DNA of 64,000 bases, from positions 385 to 64,384 of the forward strand of contig JACQBZ010000035.1 in assembly GCA_016194285.1 (NCBI GenBank), in the 5' to 3' direction. A program made the position numbers and the translations under genes. The notes below the pieces were generated by a model, which was not told where the DNA came from, ran no database searches, and was given only the letters and a program-made list of their open reading frames with translations. This DNA comes from Nitrospirota bacterium (lineage in GTDB: Bacteria > Nitrospirota > Nitrospiria > JACQBZ01). Numbering within the stretch: position 1 is the first letter of the stretch; each line of letters starts with the position of its first letter. Below are positions 45,236-54,058 of the stretch, piece after piece.

Positions 45236-45802
45236 TCAGGCCTGGGCCTCACGACCACGACGAGCTCGAATCATCTCGACGGTGCTCGCTTGCGGACCCT
45301 TCTCTCCTAATTCTTCAACAAACCGTACTTCTGTTCCAATCTTCATCCGGTCGAAGGCATCCTTCAGCACGCTGTTTCGATGAAAATAGATTTCCTGCCC
45401 GTCCGGCGCTTCGAGGAACCCGTACCCCTCCTGCGGAAACAGTTTGCTCACGCGGGCACGCGTTGCGGACTTGTGGTTTTTCACATCCCCACGAAGCCGA
45501 CGCTCATAATCCTCCAGCTGTCGACGGACTGCATCAAAGGCATCCCGAATCGCCACATAAATATCCTCATGGGGCTGGCGTTTGACCACCAGTTCGGAGC
45601 CCTGGACGGTCAGATCGATTTGCACTTTATACAGCACGCCTTGATGTTGATGTCGATGGGGACTGTCCACGGTCACACGACAGCCCATAATGTGATCGGA
45701 AAATTGATCCAGCTTGGACGCTTTCTCATGGATCTCGTTTTTAACCGCTTCTGAAACCGAGGCATTACGTACCGTAATCTGAAGTGGAAGTTTCATGGCC
45801 AT
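45236..45802 (-). CDS. HPF/RaiA-like ribosome-associated domain fused to a cold-shock (CSD) domain
   Basis: N-terminal LQITVRNASVSEAVKNEIHEKASKL..(HPF/YfiA-like). C-terminal GYGFLEAPDGQEIYFHRNSV (CSD RNP-like motif). Confidence 0.7.
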   Translation of the reverse strand: MAMKLPLQITVRNASVSEAVKNEIHEKASKLDQFSDHIMGCRVTVDSPHRHQHQGVLYKVQIDLTVQGSELVVKRQPHEDIYVAIRDAFDAVRRQLEDYERRLRGDVKNHKSATRARVSKLFPQEGYGFLEAPDGQEIYFHRNSVLKDAFDRMKIGTEVRFVEELGEKGPQASTVEMIRARRGREAQA

Positions 45803-45933
45803 TCTCCTTGATCCCGATGGTTCCGAACCTGCACGGCCAGTTGAACGCCTCCGACCCAGGAAACGATCACCGACTCTTTTTTAATTTCGACCGGTCTCGA
45901 CATGGAATCCTACCATTTCCGAGCGGGCTTATG

Positions 45934-46416
45934 TCAAGAGCCCTTCTCTTCTTTTTTACTGCCCAGCGCCTTCGGCTTTACCGTAAACACGGGACAGGCG
46001 GCCTTTCGCACGACCCGCTCGGCCACGCTCCCCATCAGGACATGCCCCAGCCCCGTGCGTCCATGCGTTCCGAGCACGATCAGATCGGCCGGGATCTCTC
46101 CCGCGGTTTTGAGAATTTCAAGGAACGGGGTTCCCTCTTTCAAAATGGCATGCACGTTCGGTCCCTGATGTCGGACACGATCCGCCAGTTTATTGAGCTT
46201 GTGATGCTCTTCTTCCTTGACCTCCTTGATCCATTGATGGATCTCCGGCCGGACGCCGGGAGACACACCCGTATGGCTGAAGAAGGGCGGCTCGAACACA
46301 TTAAGCAGATAAAGATCCGCCCCGAAGCCCCGGGCCAACTGCACGGCGTACTCTAATGCTTCATTGGAATAATCCGAAAAATCGGTCGCCATCAAGATCC
46401 GATGCAACGTGATCAT
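45934..46416 (-). CDS. Universal stress protein (UspA family)
   Basis: ILMATDFSDYS...DLIVLGTHGRTGLGHVLMGSVAERVVRKAACPVF. Confidence 0.88.
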   Translation of the reverse strand: MITLHRILMATDFSDYSNEALEYAVQLARGFGADLYLLNVFEPPFFSHTGVSPGVRPEIHQWIKEVKEEEHHKLNKLADRVRHQGPNVHAILKEGTPFLEILKTAGEIPADLIVLGTHGRTGLGHVLMGSVAERVVRKAACPVFTVKPKALGSKKEEKGS

Positions 46417-46459
46417 CTCTTATCCCCCCTTTGCCTTTCTATTCGATTTTGGAACGGGA

Positions 46460-49162
46460 TCAGGCCGGACGCCTGCTCCACTCCCGAAAACGCAGCCACT
46501 TCTCTCCCTCCACAGCCAGATAGACCGTCAAGGCCACCCCCACGCACAAGACCAGTTCCCCCATCGTCAAGGCCGTGGTATGAAAAACCGGCTGAAGGAG
46601 GGGGCTATAGGTGATGGCCAGTTGAAGGATCACGATCACGAACACCGCGCTGATCAGCTTTCGGTTTGAAAAAAAACCGATCGTCCACAGTGCATTCCGT
46701 TCGGAGCGCATGGCCAGCACGCTGAACATCTGAAAAATCGTGAGGACGAAAAAAGCCGCCGTCTGGCCATGACCGAGACCCTGCTTCGCCTGGGCCCATC
46801 CGAAAATACCGATGGTTCCCAACCCCATGACCAGACCCACCCAGACAACCTGCAGGCCCAGACCCTCGGCAAACAGGCTCGCCTTCGCATCCCTCGGCGG
46901 TCTCTTCATCACATCCCGCTCGGCCGGTTCCACGCCCAAGGCCAGGGCCGGAAGTCCGTCCGTCATCAGGTTGATCCAGAGAATTTGGACCGGGAGCAGC
47001 GGAAGCGGCAGGCCGAACAGGATCGCGAAAAACATGGTCATGATCTCGCCGCTGTTCGTGGACAGCATATATCGGGTGAATTTCCGGATGTTGTCGTAGA
47101 TGATCCGCCCCTCTCTCACGGCCCAAACGATCGTGGCGAAGTTGTCATCCAACAGCACGATGTCGGAGGCCTCCCGAGCCACGTCCGTGCCCCCCCTTCC
47201 CATTGCCACGCCGATATCGGCCATCCGCAGCGCCGGAGCGTCATTCACGCCGTCCCCCGTCATGGCCACGATTCCCCCCCTCCGTTTGAGGGCCTGGACG
47301 ATCTTCACTTTCTGCTCGGGCGAGACCCGGGCATAGACGGAAACATTCGGGATCAACGGCGCGAGTTCATCCAGAGACATGGACTCCAGATCCTCGCCGG
47401 TTAAGATGCGATCCTTCGGACCCCGGATCTTCAAGTGGGTCGCGATCGCTTCGGCCGTCATCCGATGATCCCCCGTAATCATCACCGGTCGAATCCCGGC
47501 CTCCCGGCAATTCGCCACGGCCGCCTCGACCTCCGGCCTTGGAGGATCCATCATCCCGACCAGGCCCAGGAAGACCGTCTCTTCCTCCACATCCTTTAAG
47601 CCCTCCTCGGAGGGTACGATTTCAAGGCCTCGCATCGCGCAGGCCAAAATACGGACCCCATCCGCGGCCAGCTCCCGGTGGATCTGCATAATTTTGTCAT
47701 GATGATGACGAGTCAGCGGCATGAGAGTCCCTCCTTCCGTCACCCAAACGGCTCGCCGGAGGATTTCTTCAACGCTGCCTTTGCTGAAGGCCCATAGTCG
47801 TCCCGACGGATCCTGGTGGACCGTCGTCATGAGCTTTCGATTCGAGTCAAAAGGTCTCTCGGCGATTCGCGGATATTCCGCTTCAAGCCGGTCCTTCCAG
47901 AAACCGGCCTTTGCGGCCGCCGCAAGCAGGGCCCCCTCCGTCGGATCTCCCAAAATGGTCCAGCGGTTCTCCTGCTGCTCCAGACGGGCGTTGGTGCAAA
48001 GGGCGGCCGCACGGAGCAGTTGAAGAAGCGCCGGTACGTTCTTTGGATCCAACCGTGCTCCTTTTTCATGAAAATTCCCCTCCGGTGCGTAACCGCTCCC
48101 GGTGATATTCACCAACCGTCCTTCGAAGTAGACGATTTCGACCGACATGACATTCTGGGTGAGGGTCCCGGTCTTGTCGGAGCAGATCGTGGTGACGGAA
48201 CCCAGCGTCTCCACGGCCGGCAGTTTTCGGATCAGCGCATTGCGGCGGACCATCGCCTGGGCACCGATCGCCAGAACGATGGTCACCACCGCCGGAAGTC
48301 CCTCCGGAATCACCGCCACGGCGAGGCTGATCGCCGTCAAAAGCATCGTCTCCGTCGGCTCGCCCCGAACGAGACCGGCGATGAAAATCACCCCCGTCAT
48401 GGCCACGGCCGCGCCGGCCAGCCATTTTCCAAGATAGGCCAAACGGAGTTGTAGCGGCGTCTTGGGTTCTTCGATCGTCTGGAGGAGGCGGGCGATCTTT
48501 CCGAGCTCGGTCTCCATCCCCGTCTCGGTGACCACGGCCCACGCATGGCCGGCGACGACCGATGTTCCCATAAAGACCATGTTGAGCCGATCACCCAAGG
48601 AGAGATCTTTTTTGTGGAGCGTTCGGGGGTGTTTGACGACGGACGCGGCTTCCCCGCTCAATTGCGACTCGTTCAGCCGCAATTGGACCGCTTCGATGAG
48701 CCTCCCGTCGGCCGGAATCCGCTGGCCTTCGTTCAGGGCCATGAGATCCCCCGGGACGAGTTCCTGGGATGGAATCTCCGCGAATTTTCCTTCCCGCCGA
48801 ACCACCACGTGGAGCCGCTCAAGCTTCTTTAAGGCGCCCAGGGCCCGCTCGGCGCGGTACTCCTGAGCAAATCCCAGAGAGGCGTTCAGCCCCACGATGA
48901 CCAGAATCATCACGGCATCGGTAAAATCCCCCATCCAACCGGCGATCCCGGCGGCCGCAAGCAGAATCAGGATCATCACGTCCTTAAACTGCCTGGAGAG
49001 GATGGGCCAGAGGGTCCTTCGCTCTTCCTCCCTTAAGAGATTGGGGCCGTGCTGTCTTAACCGCCGTTCCGCTTCGCGAACGGAAAGCCCCTCTTGTCGA
49101 GAACTCTCCAATACCCGAAGAACCTCCTCGGCATCCATCTGGAACCACGGTCGGGCCATCAA
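46460..49162 (-). CDS. Cation-transporting P-type ATPase, type IIA (SERCA/PacL-like, probably Ca2+)
   Basis: [47 protein letters not shown]. 900 aa. Confidence 0.88.
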   Translation of the reverse strand: MMARPWFQMDAEEVLRVLESSRQEGLSVREAERRLRQHGPNLLREEERRTLWPILSRQFKDVMILILLAAAGIAGWMGDFTDAVMILVIVGLNASLGFAQEYRAERALGALKKLERLHVVVRREGKFAEIPSQELVPGDLMALNEGQRIPADGRLIEAVQLRLNESQLSGEAASVVKHPRTLHKKDLSLGDRLNMVFMGTSVVAGHAWAVVTETGMETELGKIARLLQTIEEPKTPLQLRLAYLGKWLAGAAVAMTGVIFIAGLVRGEPTETMLLTAISLAVAVIPEGLPAVVTIVLAIGAQAMVRRNALIRKLPAVETLGSVTTICSDKTGTLTQNVMSVEIVYFEGRLVNITGSGYAPEGNFHEKGARLDPKNVPALLQLLRAAALCTNARLEQQENRWTILGDPTEGALLAAAAKAGFWKDRLEAEYPRIAERPFDSNRKLMTTVHQDPSGRLWAFSKGSVEEILRRAVWVTEGGTLMPLTRHHHDKIMQIHRELAADGVRILACAMRGLEIVPSEEGLKDVEEETVFLGLVGMMDPPRPEVEAAVANCREAGIRPVMITGDHRMTAEAIATHLKIRGPKDRILTGEDLESMSLDELAPLIPNVSVYARVSPEQKVKIVQALKRRGGIVAMTGDGVNDAPALRMADIGVAMGRGGTDVAREASDIVLLDDNFATIVWAVREGRIIYDNIRKFTRYMLSTNSGEIMTMFFAILFGLPLPLLPVQILWINLMTDGLPALALGVEPAERDVMKRPPRDAKASLFAEGLGLQVVWVGLVMGLGTIGIFGWAQAKQGLGHGQTAAFFVLTIFQMFSVLAMRSERNALWTIGFFSNRKLISAVFVIVILQLAITYSPLLQPVFHTTALTMGELVLCVGVALTVYLAVEGEKWLRFREWSRRPA

Positions 49163-49369
49163 TCAGCGCTTTCCTCTCGCTTTCCCGACGGAGACCGTCT
49201 CAAGTTCTCTGGCCTCCTTGCGGTTCAGGAGGATAAGGGAATCGACAATTTCCCCGCAATAGACGCACCGCCAACCCTCATAAGACCAGGGTGCCCCTTC
49301 GCACGCCACATTGACGAACTCCTCAAAATTCATCTGCCCGCCGCATTTCGGACATTTCATCTTCATCAT
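49163..49369 (-). CDS. Small zinc-ribbon protein (68 aa), abuts the ATPase start codon
   Basis: CPKCGG...CVYCGE. Its stop codon is immediately followed by the ATPase ATG (0-nt spacer). Confidence 0.55.
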   Translation of the reverse strand: MMKMKCPKCGGQMNFEEFVNVACEGAPWSYEGWRCVYCGEIVDSLILLNRKEARELETVSVGKARGKR

Positions 49370-49392
49370 CTCCTTTCTCCCGAGGATCGTCT

Positions 49393-49482
49393 TATAGGGG
49401 CTCGCGTCGCCCCCTCCACTGGCGAAGCCGGATGGAGCCTCCCCCTCTCGCTCGCCGTGCTCGCTGGGTCAATGCCATGGGC
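49393..49482 (+). repeat. ~90-nt hairpin-rich intergenic repeat, copy A
   Basis: TATAGGGGCTCGCGTCGCCCCCTCCACTGGCGAAGCCGGATGGAGCCTCCCCCTCTCGCTCGCCGTGCTCGCTGGG.. Near-identical to copies at 49995-50085 and 61774-61866. Confidence 0.85.
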
Positions 49483-49484
49483 AT

Positions 49485-49973
49485 CTACTCTACCTTGATC
49501 TTCACTTCTTTCCGCTTGGCTTCCTCCGTCTTAGGCAACCGCACTTCCAACACGCCGTCCTTAAAATTGGCATACGCTTTGTCGACCTGCACCTCTTTGG
49601 GCAGGTCAATCGTCCGCACAAAACTCCCGTAGGAGCGCTCGGAATAGTAATACCCTTTCTTTTTCACTTCCTCTTCCTGTTTCTTTTCGCCCTTGATGGT
49701 GAGAAGACTGCCGGAGATGTTGATATCCAAATCCTCCTTTTTCATACCGGGAATCTCGGCCTTGACCACGACGTCGTCTTTTTCTTCGTAAACCTCGATC
49801 GCCGGTTCACGGAGCCCGATTTCCCGAAAGCGTTCCGGCCAGCTTAAACCCCATAAGGGCCTGCGGAAGAAATCGCCGAACAGTTGCTCTGCCTCCCGCT
49901 CCACTCGACTCAACTCCGAGAAAGGTTTCCAGGGTGTCACCTCCCGCGTTTGTTTCTCTTTTTCCTTGGCCAT
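49485..49973 (-). CDS. Hsp20/alpha-crystallin small heat-shock protein
   Basis: PAIEVYEEKDDVVVKAEIPGMKKEDLDI...GVLEVRLPK alpha-crystallin domain. Confidence 0.9.
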   Translation of the reverse strand: MAKEKEKQTREVTPWKPFSELSRVEREAEQLFGDFFRRPLWGLSWPERFREIGLREPAIEVYEEKDDVVVKAEIPGMKKEDLDINISGSLLTIKGEKKQEEEVKKKGYYYSERSYGSFVRTIDLPKEVQVDKAYANFKDGVLEVRLPKTEEAKRKEVKIKVE

Positions 49974-49994
49974 GGCTAAACCTCCTTTCTTTTT

Positions 49995-50085
49995 TATAGG
50001 GGCTCACGTCGCCCCCTCCACCGGCAAAGCCGGATGGAGCCTCCCCCTCTCGCTCGCCTGGCTCGCTGGGCAAATCCCAACGGGC
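49995..50085 (+). repeat. ~90-nt hairpin-rich intergenic repeat, copy B
   Basis: TATAGGGGCTCACGTCGCCCCCTCCACCGGCAAAGCCGGATGGAGCCTCCCCCTCTCGCTCGCCTGGCTCGCTGGG.. Same orientation as copy A. Together the two copies bracket hsp20. Confidence 0.85.
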
Positions 50086-50107
50086 AACAGGAGCCAGAGG
50101 ACCCCAG

Positions 50108-50584
50108 TCATCGATGCCATTTCACCCGGATGAATTTATCATCCCGCGACCAGTTATACGTGACATCACCTTTATAGGCCCGCTGGATCTCCATCCCGAT
50201 CCGTTGGGCAAACCGATCGCTGGTCGTCTGGATCTCCACTGATTTTAAGTTATCTTTGATCGAAATGATGCGATCGAGAGGATTGATCCTCTTGGCCCGA
50301 GCTTCCTCATTTCGAACCAGGTGGAGAATCTGCTCCTTATTGGGCACTAAGAACTCTCCGCTCAACGTGATAATCCCGCCCGGGAAAGAATCATGTCCCT
50401 TCTGACAGGCCGGGCAGATCGCGGAACGAACCGTACGGCCTTTCACCAAAGCCGGAAGGCTTTCCATGGACCAGCGCTTGTGATGATAAACCGCCCCGCA
50501 AGTTGGGCAGACGGCCACTTCCTTCGGCCCCATCAGCGGCAGGTAAGGATCACGATGGACCGCGAGATTTTTTCGAATCGGCAA
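50108..50584 (-). CDS. Zinc-ribbon protein of unknown function (two CxxC pairs)
   Basis: HRDPYLPL..VAVCPTCGAVYHHKRW...CPACQK. Start is uncertain: TTG 50584 lies 5 nt after GGAGG, while the track ORF extends to 50704 inside the CBS gene. Confidence 0.6.
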   Translation of the reverse strand: MPIRKNLAVHRDPYLPLMGPKEVAVCPTCGAVYHHKRWSMESLPALVKGRTVRSAICPACQKGHDSFPGGIITLSGEFLVPNKEQILHLVRNEEARAKRINPLDRIISIKDNLKSVEIQTTSDRFAQRIGMEIQRAYKGDVTYNWSRDDKFIRVKWHR

Positions 50585-50606
50585 CACCGCCTCCGCTTGA
50601 AGCCCC

Positions 50607-51044
50607 TTAAGGCCAGTATTCGGCCGTGGACTTGATATAGCCGAAGAGGATGTCCCGCCGCGCGACAATGCCCACCAGTTTTCCATCCCGGACAACCGGC
50701 ACACGGATCAGATGATCGGCCTCCAACAACCGGATAATCTCATCCACCGGGGTGTCTTCACGGACAAACTTCACCTCCCGCGACATGATCTCCTCGGCCC
50801 GGATGTCCTTCAGGTCCCGACTCTTTATGAGAACATCCAGCAGATCAAATTCGCTAATCAACCCCAGCAGCATCCCCTTGTCATCCACCACCGGCAGACT
50901 TCCAAAATTGAATTTGGTCAGCTGGGATGCGACGTGGCGGGCCGAATCGGAGAGCCTGCAGAATTTCACGTCCTCCTCCATTAAGAGAGAGGCCGTGAGC
51001 TTATGGAAATCACGCTTTTCGGTTAAATATTCTGAGCGTCTCAT
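50607..51044 (-). CDS. CBS-domain pair protein
   Basis: Two CBS repeats (..FGSLPVVDDKGMLLGLISEFDLL.. and ..LIRVPVVRDGKLVGIVARRDIL..). Confidence 0.85.
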   Translation of the reverse strand: MRRSEYLTEKRDFHKLTASLLMEEDVKFCRLSDSARHVASQLTKFNFGSLPVVDDKGMLLGLISEFDLLDVLIKSRDLKDIRAEEIMSREVKFVREDTPVDEIIRLLEADHLIRVPVVRDGKLVGIVARRDILFGYIKSTAEYWP

Positions 51045-51095
51045 GGCAAATCCTCCTTTTTTTTCCCCTCATATCCTTCCCTATTATCATAATAA

Positions 51096-51110
51096 GCAAA
51101 GGCCATGCCA
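51096..51110 (-). promoter_or_regulatory. Sigma-54 promoter (TGGCAT-N5-TTGCT) upstream of the CBS/stress operon
   Basis: Minus-strand aaTGGCATggcctTTGCTt with correct GG-N10-GC spacing. About 52 nt upstream of ATG 51044. Confidence 0.7.
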
Positions 51111-51221
51111 TTCGTGGATAGAAACTGAATAGAACAAATTCGGCGGACCTCTTTATAAATCGAGGGTTAGACGGACATCGACGAAGCACGGCAGAAAGTC
51201 AGATTCAATGAAAAGAGGAAA

Positions 51222-51239
51222 TGTCCAATGACCTGGACA
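51222..51239. promoter_or_regulatory. Candidate enhancer-binding-protein site, perfect palindrome TGTCCA-ATGACC-TGGACA
   Basis: Read directly. About 115 nt upstream of the sigma-54 promoter. Same half-sites and spacing as 40645-40662. Confidence 0.5.
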
Positions 51240-51289
51240 GGAAAAAGCTCGTATGATTTTTTTTCATCGGGTTTTCAAAGGAGTTCTGA

Positions 51290-51307
51290 TGTCAAGGAGA
51301 ATGGACA
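51290..51307. promoter_or_regulatory. Candidate enhancer-binding-protein site TGTCAA-GGAGAA-TGGACA
   Basis: One mismatch from the palindrome. Second site upstream of the same promoter. Confidence 0.4.
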
Positions 51308-51335
51308 TTTGTCTATACAACGATGGGGGGGGCGG

Positions 51336-52712
51336 TTATTCGATGAGGTTGTAGCGCTTCAATTTATTGTAGAGAGTGGCCCGACTGATTCCCAAAAGTT
51401 TGGCCGCCCGGGACCGGTTCCCCTTCGCCTTCAGGGTGGCCTCCGTAATTTTTTCTTTCTCAACCGTTTCGGTGGCCGTTCGGATGACTTTGTATAACGC
51501 ATCGTCCGGCTGCTCGACCGATGGTTCCATGAAGAGGGCCTCCGCAGCGATCTCCGTGGCGGGATTCATCAACACCGCACGCTCGATCACATTTTCAAGC
51601 TCTCTCACATTCCCCGGCCATGGAGACTCGACTAAAAGTCTCAGGGCTTTCGGTGAGATTCGCTTGGGTTCGAGGCGATTCCGTTCGCAATACTTCTTGA
51701 TGAAGTGGTCCGCCAAAAGGGGGATATCCTCTCTCCGTTGTCGCAGGGGCGGAATCACGATCGGAACGACGGCCAGGCGATAGTAAAGATCCTCCCGGAA
51801 GGACTTCTTCTCGACGCTTTTTTTGAGATCTTTGTTGGTCGCGGCGATAACGCGGACGTCGACTTTAATGGTCTTGTTGCCTCCCACCGGCCGGATTTCA
51901 TTTTCCTGCAAGACCCGCAACAACTTCGACTGGAACGCCGGAGTGGTATCACCGATCTCGTCCAACAAGAGCGTCCCTCCATCGGCTTCTTCGAAAAGTC
52001 CCTTTTTATTGCTGACGGCTCCGGTAAAAGACCCCCGCACGTGACCGAACAACTCGCTCTCCAACAAGGTTTCGGGAAGGGCTCCGCAGTCGATCGCGAC
52101 GAACGGTCGCTCCCGTCTCGGACTTTGCTGATGGATCGCTCGCGCGAACAGCTCCTTGCCGGTCCCGGACTCTCCGTAGATCAGAATCGTGGTATGGCTG
52201 TTCGCCACCCGCTCGATCAGGCGAAAGAGATCCTGCATCGGCTTGCTCCGACCGATGATGTTGCCCAAGGCGCCCTCGACCCCGACTTTTTCCCGTAACC
52301 GTTCCACCTCCCGGGTCAGCCGATGCAGGTCCAGGGCCTTTTTCACCGTCAACGTGATCTCATCGTTGTTGATCGGCTTGGTCAGATAATCGTAGGCCCC
52401 TGCCTTCATCGCGGCCACGGCCGAATCAATCGTTCCATGCGCCGTGAGCACGATGCAGGGCAAGGTCGGTCTCATGCTTTTCACTTTCTTTAACAGCTCC
52501 AGGCCGCTCAATCCGGGCATCTTAAGGTCGGATATGATAAGATCAAACCACCCCGTTTCCAACTTCTTGATCGCCTCTTCTCCCGAAAAGGCGGTCACCA
52601 CGTCGTAGCCCCCTTTCCCAAGGACCTTTTTGAAGAGGCCGAGCATGTTGGGCTCATCATCGACCACCAGAATCCGATCGGACGTATTTTGGTCAGGAGC
52701 TGACGGACTCAT
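51336..52712 (-). CDS. Sigma-54-dependent response regulator (NtrC family: REC + AAA+ + Fis-type HTH)
   Basis: ILVVDDEPN..D..DLKMPG receiver. GESGTGKE Walker A. GSFTGA (GAFTGA variant). C-terminal AAKLLGISRATLYNKLKRY. Confidence 0.9.
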   Translation of the reverse strand: MSPSAPDQNTSDRILVVDDEPNMLGLFKKVLGKGGYDVVTAFSGEEAIKKLETGWFDLIISDLKMPGLSGLELLKKVKSMRPTLPCIVLTAHGTIDSAVAAMKAGAYDYLTKPINNDEITLTVKKALDLHRLTREVERLREKVGVEGALGNIIGRSKPMQDLFRLIERVANSHTTILIYGESGTGKELFARAIHQQSPRRERPFVAIDCGALPETLLESELFGHVRGSFTGAVSNKKGLFEEADGGTLLLDEIGDTTPAFQSKLLRVLQENEIRPVGGNKTIKVDVRVIAATNKDLKKSVEKKSFREDLYYRLAVVPIVIPPLRQRREDIPLLADHFIKKYCERNRLEPKRISPKALRLLVESPWPGNVRELENVIERAVLMNPATEIAAEALFMEPSVEQPDDALYKVIRTATETVEKEKITEATLKAKGNRSRAAKLLGISRATLYNKLKRYNLIE

Positions 52713-53958
52713 CGCGCGGACTTCTCCTTCGGTCTACCGGCAAATGAAGGTAAAACGTGGTCCCCCGGCCCGGGACGGTCTCGGCCGAGATCCGTCCTCC
52801 GTGGGCCTCCATAATGCTCTTGCAGATCGAGAGCCCGAGCCCCATCCCCTTTTTGCTCTTGGTCGTGAAGAACGGATGGAATATTTTGGACAGATGGTCC
52901 GGATCAATCCCCTGGCCGGTGTCGGTCACGGTGATGATCACTTCGTCCCCATCCGTCCGGCTGGCAGGCCCTCCGGCCAAACTGTCTTCCTGATCCTCGA
53001 TAGACGAAGTCGGTTTGGCCGTCAAGCTAACCGTCAAGGTTCCCCCGTCCGGCATCGCCTCGATCGCGTTGAAAAAGAGATTCACCAGCACCTGCCCCAC
53101 TTGCTGCGGATCCACCCAAATCTTCGGAAGCCCGTTCCGATCCTGAATCACGGGCCGAATGTTGGCCTTATGGAAACGGGGCGTGAGCAGATCGATGCTC
53201 TTCCGGATCATCTCCATCGGATCCATCTGTGTAAACTGCGGAGTGGCTTGACGGCCGAAATCCAAAAGGTCCTGCATGATTTTTTTGCAGCGCCGGGCCT
53301 CCTCTTCAATGATCTTCACGGACTGATACCGGGGATCCGTCGGATCCACCTCCGTCAGCAGATCCTGAGCGAACCCGATCACGATGCCCAGCGGGTTGTT
53401 GAACTCATGGGCAAGGGAGGCCGTCATCTCGCCAAAGGAGATCAGCCGCTCCGAGAGAATCAGTTGCCGCTCCTGATCCTGGGCCAGATCGCGGAATCGC
53501 CGTTCGCTTTCCCGAAGCGCTTCCTCCATCCGTTTGCGGTCGGTGATGTTCTGGATGAGGGCGGTGACGAAGATCTGTTCCCGCACGCTCACGGGGCTTA
53601 AGCTGATCTCGACGGGAATCTCGGTTCCATCCTTACGACGGCCGGTCAACTCAAGGCCGATGCCCATTGGCCGTGTGGTCAGGTGGGAAATATAATTAGC
53701 GCGATGGCCGCTGTGACGCTCTCGCAAATGTTCGGGCACCAAGGTTTCAACGAACCGGCCAAGCAGTTCATTCCGGTTGTAACCGAAGATCTTCTCGGTC
53801 TGCTCATTGATGAATAAAATGTGCCCCTCCCGGTTGATGATGACCACGGCATACGGAAGCGCCTCCATGACAGACATGAATAGCTCGTCCTTCAAAACAA
53901 GCGCTTCAACCGGTTGGGCTGATCCTTCGTCTAAACGATCCTGTTCCGAATGCGACAT
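52693..53958 (-). CDS. PAS-domain sensor histidine kinase
   Basis: PAS-like N-terminus, SLAHEFNNPL H-box, N/G boxes (NLFFNAIEAM, DTGQGI, GMGLGLSI). Confidence 0.88.
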   Translation of the reverse strand: MSHSEQDRLDEGSAQPVEALVLKDELFMSVMEALPYAVVIINREGHILFINEQTEKIFGYNRNELLGRFVETLVPEHLRERHSGHRANYISHLTTRPMGIGLELTGRRKDGTEIPVEISLSPVSVREQIFVTALIQNITDRKRMEEALRESERRFRDLAQDQERQLILSERLISFGEMTASLAHEFNNPLGIVIGFAQDLLTEVDPTDPRYQSVKIIEEEARRCKKIMQDLLDFGRQATPQFTQMDPMEMIRKSIDLLTPRFHKANIRPVIQDRNGLPKIWVDPQQVGQVLVNLFFNAIEAMPDGGTLTVSLTAKPTSSIEDQEDSLAGGPASRTDGDEVIITVTDTGQGIDPDHLSKIFHPFFTTKSKKGMGLGLSICKSIMEAHGGRISAETVPGRGTTFYLHLPVDRRRSPRDESVSS

Positions 53959-54058
53959 AGGAAATTGTCCTTAAGGTATTCCGATATCTTATCCTATGCC
54001 CATGAAATTTCATTGTCAAGATGATCGGGGTGAGAGATTCATCGTTGACGGATCTTGA

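Noticed and set aside
45200-45240. Rho-independent terminator after the HPF-CSD gene (GGCCTG...CAGGCC followed by a T-run on the minus strand)
   Set aside because: The stem is short (6 bp) with a 12-nt loop and overlaps the stop codon, and the T-run lies 6 nt beyond the stem. This is too weak to annotate.
49460-49482. Sigma-54-like GG-N10-GC spacing inside the tail of the repeat (TGGCAT-tgacc-CAGC in copy A; TGGGAT..CAGC in B and C)
   Set aside because: The -12 element is CAGC rather than TTGC(A/T), the -24 element degenerates to TGGGAT in two copies, and copy C points at no gene. This is judged coincidental sequence of the repeat.
49393-50085. CRISPR-like appearance of two direct repeats separated by about 500 nt
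   Set aside because: There are only two copies locally. The 'spacer' is the hsp20 gene. The repeats are about 90 nt with internal hairpins. A third copy is inverted 12 kb away, and there are no cas genes.
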